DNA of 20,000 nt from an uncultured virus (IMG/VR IMGVR_UViG_3300008108_007691) (Duplodnaviria; Heunggongvirae; Uroviricota; Caudoviricetes): IMG/VR virus record IMGVR_UViG_3300008108_007691, positions 52,305 to 72,304 of that record; one strand, 5' to 3'. Numbering within the stretch: position 1 is the first letter of the stretch; each line of letters begins with the position of its first letter. Made by a program: the position numbers and the translations under genes. Below the pieces are notes generated by a model. The model did not search any database. It saw nothing but the letters and a program-made list of their open reading frames with translations, and had not been told where the DNA came from. Below, piece by piece: positions 15,418-20,000 of this stretch.

Positions 15418-16233
15418 TTAATCTTTCAGGTTCAAATTCAATTCATAGAGATTTATAATAGATTCATCTAAGTTTGAGTTCGTTAAATTCTCTATTTTAT
15501 TTTTAAATTTATTGAGATTGTTTGCTGTTTCAGAATCAACTGCATTAGTGAGAAAAGTATTTATCAATGTAAGATTTTCTTGTTTTAAATCCTCTAAATA
15601 ATTTACCTTGTAATTTTCTTCAGACATAAGAATTTTAACTAAATTTTGTTCTGATTCATTTAAGTGAGAATATCTTTCGTTAAAATTGTTCACTGCAAGT
15701 TCAGTCACATACTTCCAAGATAATAATTTAGGAAACTCTATTTCTTCGTTAGTTTTATTTTCTTGTAATGAGCTTTTTTCTACTTCTATATCTCTGGTCA
15801 AATAATTTATTACTGTTTCATATGACCTGTTTTCATCATCTAAATCATTAAAATTTTTCATTGTTTTAGATTTGATCAGAATATGTATTGATTCAAAGAG
15901 ACCTGCTTTTTCCGGAGAAGATTCTACATGGAAATTCTTAAGAATATCAACTCTAAAATCTTTATTTTCCTTCAAAATATCATTCCAATTATAATCTTTT
16001 ATCAAGTTTATATTTTGATTCAAATATCTTTCAGCAAGGTATTCTTTCTTAAAATTAGCATTTTCTATATTTTTATAGATCAAATACTGAAGTTTGAGAA
16101 TTGGCTTTTTCTTTAATTCTTCAACAAATAAATCGACAAAACTGGATGTTTTTCCTTCGTTTATAATGGTTTTCGATGAATACCTAAAAATAGTATCTTT
16201 TATAGAACCAAAATTTAAACTAATATTCTTCAT
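15418..16233 (-). CDS. Hypothetical protein (271 aa, helical), possibly head-assembly related
   Basis: A long ORF ending at the terminator and preceded by TATTTAT. It has several [IL]-x-E sites (IINE, LQE, LNE). The function is inference only. Confidence 0.7.
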   Translation of the reverse strand: MKNISLNFGSIKDTIFRYSSKTIINEGKTSSFVDLFVEELKKKPILKLQYLIYKNIENANFKKEYLAERYLNQNINLIKDYNWNDILKENKDFRVDILKNFHVESSPEKAGLFESIHILIKSKTMKNFNDLDDENRSYETVINYLTRDIEVEKSSLQENKTNEEIEFPKLLSWKYVTELAVNNFNERYSHLNESEQNLVKILMSEENYKVNYLEDLKQENLTLINTFLTNAVDSETANNLNKFKNKIENLTNSNLDESIINLYELNLNLKD

Positions 16234-16249
16234 AATTATATTTTTAATT

Positions 16250-16256
16250 ATAAATA
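16250..16256 (-). promoter_or_regulatory. TATTTAT motif upstream of the 271-aa gene
   Basis: ATAAATA on + reads TATTTAT on -, 16 nt before the ATG at 16233. Confidence 0.35.
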
Positions 16257-16269
16257 TTAAGAAATTTAA

Positions 16270-17532
16270 TTAGTTTGAGTAAGACTCTTGAAGAATTGGT
16301 TTATTTTTTTGAGCTTTTTCAACAATTTCTTTATACCACTGAACCCTATTTGCGGTTACTATCTCCAAAGTATATTTGTCTTTCACAAATTCATAAAGAT
16401 TGTTCGCTAATTTCTCTCTGTATTCTTTATCGTTTACGACCTTTCTAATTGCCTCATACCAACCTCTTACGTTTTTAGATTTAGGAATTAAAATTCCATT
16501 TTCACCATTCTTTATCAATTCTTTATAAATACCATATTCTTGTGCTATAAGAACTTTCTTAGTCAAACCAGCTTCTATGATTTTCAATTCAGACTTAACT
16601 TCATTAAATGTATTTTCAGCTAAGGGAGCCAAACAAACATCACAATAATTATAGTGTTTTCCATACTGAGTAAGTGGAAGAGTCCACCTTCTAACATATG
16701 GTCCTTCATAAACATCAAATCCTTTAAATTGAGCGTTTTCACACTTCAATAAATATTTTTTATAATCTTCTGATATAAAATTAGGATTATAATTATCTGT
16801 AAAAACTCCTTCAAATACGTTCCATATTGTTTCTTGAGGAGTTATTTTTCTGTTATTAATTACATTACCATCTTGGTCGACTTCTGTTATATAGCCACGA
16901 ATATCATAACCACACATTACAATTTGATATTTGTTTCTCAAATTCGAGTCATTGTGCAATATATTCATAGAGTTCTTAAGCAACTCTAAATCTTTTGCAT
17001 GACTGGAACCACCAATCCAAGATATTCTAACTCTGTCTGTTTTTTTTGTATTCTCTTGAGCCCACATAGGATGTGCCATATCAATAGCATTTGGAACGAC
17101 TTTTACATTTGGATTATATCTCTTAATATGACTTGCAAAAATATCAGTAGTTGTGGTCACATAATCTACCATTTTAAATGTAGCAGTAACTTTCTCTGCC
17201 AATTTCTCTTTGAGGGCTGCACCGTACATAGGATGATCTTTTGATGGCATCCAGTAATCATCTAAATCCATCACAACTACAACACCTCTGCTTCTAAGTT
17301 CCTTAATTAATTTTTCTTGATTTTCAAATGGACCTAACTGTCTATGAAAATGAACAATATCAAATTGAGCGAAAAAATCAACATTATTAAAATCTGGTGT
17401 ATGATCAATCTCAATTTTGAATTGATTACCGAATTTTTTATTAATTTCTTGACCGGGCCAAATATTTCTGTAATGACCAACACCCGCCAAATCACTTGGC
17501 ACCATTAAAATTTTAATTTGATTATCTGACAT
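16270..17532 (-). CDS. Glycosyltransferase, GT-B fold (GT4 / group 1-like)
   Basis: SDLAGVGHYR, VVMDLDDYW, VTTTT, VVPNAID, WIGGSSH..DL and the nucleotide-sugar binding segment DVCLAPL...FNEVKSELKIIEAG...GENGILI. Confidence 0.9.
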   Translation of the reverse strand: MSDNQIKILMVPSDLAGVGHYRNIWPGQEINKKFGNQFKIEIDHTPDFNNVDFFAQFDIVHFHRQLGPFENQEKLIKELRSRGVVVVMDLDDYWMPSKDHPMYGAALKEKLAEKVTATFKMVDYVTTTTDIFASHIKRYNPNVKVVPNAIDMAHPMWAQENTKKTDRVRISWIGGSSHAKDLELLKNSMNILHNDSNLRNKYQIVMCGYDIRGYITEVDQDGNVINNRKITPQETIWNVFEGVFTDNYNPNFISEDYKKYLLKCENAQFKGFDVYEGPYVRRWTLPLTQYGKHYNYCDVCLAPLAENTFNEVKSELKIIEAGLTKKVLIAQEYGIYKELIKNGENGILIPKSKNVRGWYEAIRKVVNDKEYREKLANNLYEFVKDKYTLEIVTANRVQWYKEIVEKAQKNKPILQESYSN

Positions 17533-17583
17533 ATTTTTTAATTATTTCTCAAAAAATACTAAATAAAAAAAACAAATAAAATA

Positions 17584-18201
17584 CTAAGCCGTATAAGTTA
17601 TATTATTTGTATTGTAAATCCAATTAAAATTATTAGGACTTATATAAGTGTTTGAATTATTTATAGTAATAGTATTAGTACCTGAAGTAACCCATATTGA
17701 ATTACTGCCGTTTAAATTGATATTATTATCTGTTTTTCTAATAGCTTTTTTTTTGTAGTCGTCAAAAGGAACGTCAATACATTCCAACAAAAGTTCTGAC
17801 GTGTCTTTAAGTTCATCTATGTATTCTAAATCCACATTTTTTGTACAAACAATTTTAGTACTGTTTTTATAATAAACTATTTTTTTAATGTCAAAAAATT
17901 CATAAAAAGCTTTTTTGGTTAAACTTCTAATTTCAATAACTCTATCTAAAATATTTTTTATAAAAGATTGTTTGATATTTAAATTATCAACATTAACTAT
18001 ATTAGTATTGATTCCTGCTGTTGTATTTCCCTGAAGAGTAATGAAATCTGTACCATTGTATGTGATTGGATTACTCAACGTAATGTATCCAGAATTAGAA
18101 CTACTTACACCTGTTAATGATGTTGTGGTTGTTATATTGGATATTTCAGTTGAATCTATATAAGTATAATTATTTGCTATATAATTAAAAGTTTCTTTCA
18201 T
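17584..18201 (-). CDS. Hypothetical protein (205 aa) with Thr/Asn/Ser-rich termini
   Basis: ORF in a tightly packed - strand run (4-nt gap to the upstream gene); no recognised family. Confidence 0.65.
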   Translation of the reverse strand: MKETFNYIANNYTYIDSTEISNITTTTSLTGVSSSNSGYITLSNPITYNGTDFITLQGNTTAGINTNIVNVDNLNIKQSFIKNILDRVIEIRSLTKKAFYEFFDIKKIVYYKNSTKIVCTKNVDLEYIDELKDTSELLLECIDVPFDDYKKKAIRKTDNNINLNGSNSIWVTSGTNTITINNSNTYISPNNFNWIYNTNNITYTA

Positions 18202-18205
18202 AAAA

Positions 18206-18523
18206 TTATTCAGGATTGTTTATATAGTTTTCAGCATCAATTTTAGCTTGTTTCATTTTATCTTCTTCCTGCTGAATTAAATTATTTAGAATGTCTAAAT
18301 TATAAGCCTCTGCTATTTTAAATCCATATTTTGAATTATCAAATTCTTTTTCAACACTAATAAGTCCTCTTCTTATTTGGGCATCCATCACCGGGGTTTG
18401 TTTCGGATTAGATAGGCAAAACTCTCCGGGTTTTATAATTAAACCTTTTGAATGGTTTGGTGCTGTGCTAACAATTAATTTAGCGTTTTGATTTGATAAA
18501 TTTGTAATTTTCCAGTAAATCAT
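18206..18523 (-). CDS. Hypothetical protein (105 aa)
   Basis: ORF with an A-rich leader, co-oriented with its neighbours. Confidence 0.7.
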   Translation of the reverse strand: MIYWKITNLSNQNAKLIVSTAPNHSKGLIIKPGEFCLSNPKQTPVMDAQIRRGLISVEKEFDNSKYGFKIAEAYNLDILNNLIQQEEDKMKQAKIDAENYINNPE

Positions 18524-18570
18524 ATTTATTGTTTTTGTTAAATTAAATTAAAATATAGAAAAAAAGAATA

Positions 18571-19041
18571 TTAATTTGTCTTTTCCACATTAATCACTCT
18601 CAAAGTGATTTCATTTATAAAATCTTGCAAGTCATTTTCTGAATGTTTTGATTGCAGATTGAATTCGTCATTTACATTTTCATATTTTAATAAAGCAACA
18701 GTATTAGAATTAGACTCTATTTTTACCAAAAAAGTTATAGAGAAATCAAGTTCTTCAATATTATTTCTATCTGTAGTATCTTCTATTTGAAAATTTATTA
18801 AAACTGAATTATTTTGTATTTTATTATTGGAATTTTTTATTTCCAAATTTTTATTTTGGTTTTCGTTTATTTTTTTCTTGAGATCATTAAAGAAAATTTC
18901 CCCTACATTTAATAAGTATTCTTCGACAAAATATCCAAATGTATTTTTACCACTCCTTCCAGAAGTGGCATTTAATTCTACCTCATTAAGTCTAATACCA
19001 CTTAATTTTTTTATTCTATTTTTATATGATTCGGATATCAT
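18571..19041 (-). CDS. Hypothetical protein (156 aa) with an N-terminal ISE...RIKKLSGI.LNE motif; candidate head-associated protein
   Basis: ATGA overlap with the upstream gene; N-terminus MISESYKNRIKKLSGIRLNE. Confidence 0.7.
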   Translation of the reverse strand: MISESYKNRIKKLSGIRLNEVELNATSGRSGKNTFGYFVEEYLLNVGEIFFNDLKKKINENQNKNLEIKNSNNKIQNNSVLINFQIEDTTDRNNIEELDFSITFLVKIESNSNTVALLKYENVNDEFNLQSKHSENDLQDFINEITLRVINVEKTN

Positions 19042-19916
19042 AAACTGAAAATATTTTTTTTAGTGGTCTCTGAACTAATTTTATTAAGTTGATCACTGAC
19101 TATTTTAGTAATCACATCTTTAAAATTATTCTCAAATTTTTCTTTCTCTAAATCATTTACATTCATTAATGGTTGAGTAACATTTTTAATCGGCTCTACA
19201 GAATCTAACATCTCTTGTTCCTCATTAGGAAATTGACTTTTCACAGCTGATTGCACATTATGATCAGATTCATTACTTTCATTAGTAGATTCTATATCAA
19301 ACTGTGTGATATTTTTAAATTCAGTAGTCCCTTCATATGGGTTAAAATCCAGTTCTCCAATTTTCTTTAACTCTATTTTATAAACGTCTGTTTTAGTAAT
19401 TGCACTTAACAACCATAAATCTTTAATTGATTTCTTGTCATCAGGATCTGATTTTAATCTGAATTTCCTGTTAGATAAATTTTCAAACCCCAAACTCAAT
19501 TCATTAGTATCAAAAACAATAATTTCACCGGGTTTTATATTTCTTAAAACTTCAGGAATTTCTGGCTTATAGCTCAATTCCTCTTGTTTATCTTCTAGTT
19601 TTTTTTCTTTATCTTCTAATTCTATTTCTTTATTAATTAATTCTTTTTCTTTTATATCAAGCTCAGTCTCTTTCTTTATAATATCTGTTTTTTCAGGATC
19701 TTCTGTAGTTTTCACAGTAATATTAGGATTAACAGTTTGAACAGGTTTTACATCTAATTCTTGTTCATCAAGTTTTTTACCAGCTTCCAAAATATCTTTA
19801 ATTTTATTTTTTATTTCAGAAATTTTTTCTTGACTAATTACCTCTAAAACACCATTTTGTTTTAGTTTTTCTTTAATTATATCCTCAATTTCTTCAATAG
19901 AAATTCTTTTTTTCAT
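19038..19916 (-). CDS. Hypothetical acidic coiled-coil protein (292 aa), candidate head-associated protein
   Basis: A long Glu/Lys-rich ORF with heptad repeats (KETELDI KEKELIN KEIELED KEKKLED KQEEL), preceded by TATTTAT. Confidence 0.72.
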   Translation of the reverse strand: MKKRISIEEIEDIIKEKLKQNGVLEVISQEKISEIKNKIKDILEAGKKLDEQELDVKPVQTVNPNITVKTTEDPEKTDIIKKETELDIKEKELINKEIELEDKEKKLEDKQEELSYKPEIPEVLRNIKPGEIIVFDTNELSLGFENLSNRKFRLKSDPDDKKSIKDLWLLSAITKTDVYKIELKKIGELDFNPYEGTTEFKNITQFDIESTNESNESDHNVQSAVKSQFPNEEQEMLDSVEPIKNVTQPLMNVNDLEKEKFENNFKDVITKIVSDQLNKISSETTKKNIFSL

Positions 19917-19933
19917 GATCCTAATTTATTATA

Positions 19934-19940
19934 ATAAATA
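19934..19940 (-). promoter_or_regulatory. TATTTAT motif upstream of the 292-aa gene
   Basis: ATAAATA on + reads TATTTAT on -, 17 nt before the ATG at 19916. Confidence 0.35.
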
Positions 19941-20000
19941 GTCAACTAAAATTATTAATCTTTTAAAAAATTAATTTTATCAATTGATTACATATAATAA

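Noticed and set aside
15928..19048. Short + strand ORFs within the - strand block (15928-16116, 16999-17244, 18605-18790, 18827-19048)
   Set aside because: They are antisense to longer coherent ORFs; their Phe/Ser/Ile-rich composition is what reverse-complemented Lys/Glu/Asn codons produce.
1..20000. Stop-codon reassignment (TAG or TGA recoding as in some large phages)
   Set aside because: Genes are full-length in the standard code with dense packing. TAG ends sigma 2 (11410-11412) and TGA ends topA (14109-14111) at the expected protein ends.
19917..20000. Sigma70 -35/-10 promoter on the - strand (TTGACT ... TATAAT)
   Set aside because: The two hexamers are only 6 nt apart, incompatible with the roughly 17-nt spacing required.
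1..20000. tRNA, rRNA or structured ncRNA genes
   Set aside because: Intergenic gaps are short (at most about 105 nt) and nearly pure A/T; I saw no cloverleaf or T-loop signature. A covariance-model scan would be needed to exclude them formally.

Overview
This window is a gene-dense, strongly AT-rich segment of a large (jumbo-type) tailed dsDNA phage, most likely infecting a Bacteroidota host. The host call rests on short Bacteroidota-type RpoD homologues, TAnnTTTG promoters and A-rich starts without Shine-Dalgarno sequences. The + strand (1-15376) begins with a 5'-truncated fibre-like protein carrying beta-solenoid and Gly-Ser-Ser repeats, then a small beta-rich protein. Next come a T4 gp17-like large terminase interrupted in its Walker A motif by a 348-aa LAGLIDADG intein, and a T4 gp20-like portal interrupted by a 431-aa HNH-bearing intein. 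A host-like transcription/DNA-topology block follows: an Hc1 histone-H1-like protein, a UVR-motif protein, two tandem RpoD-family sigma factors, an AT-hook protein, TopA and a DnaQ-like exonuclease. A bidirectional terminator separates this from a convergent - strand block (15418-19916) with a GT-B glycosyltransferase and five hypothetical proteins, some probably virion-associated. The most notable signals are (i) the tandem sigma pair, whose first copy has lost a promoter-melting Trp and changed its -35 recognition helix, (ii) back-to-back inteins of different endonuclease classes in both packaging proteins, and (iii) a TATTTAT motif before four genes, one copy embedded in a hairpin at the terminase start. 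All calls come from motif recognition by eye; no searches were run.
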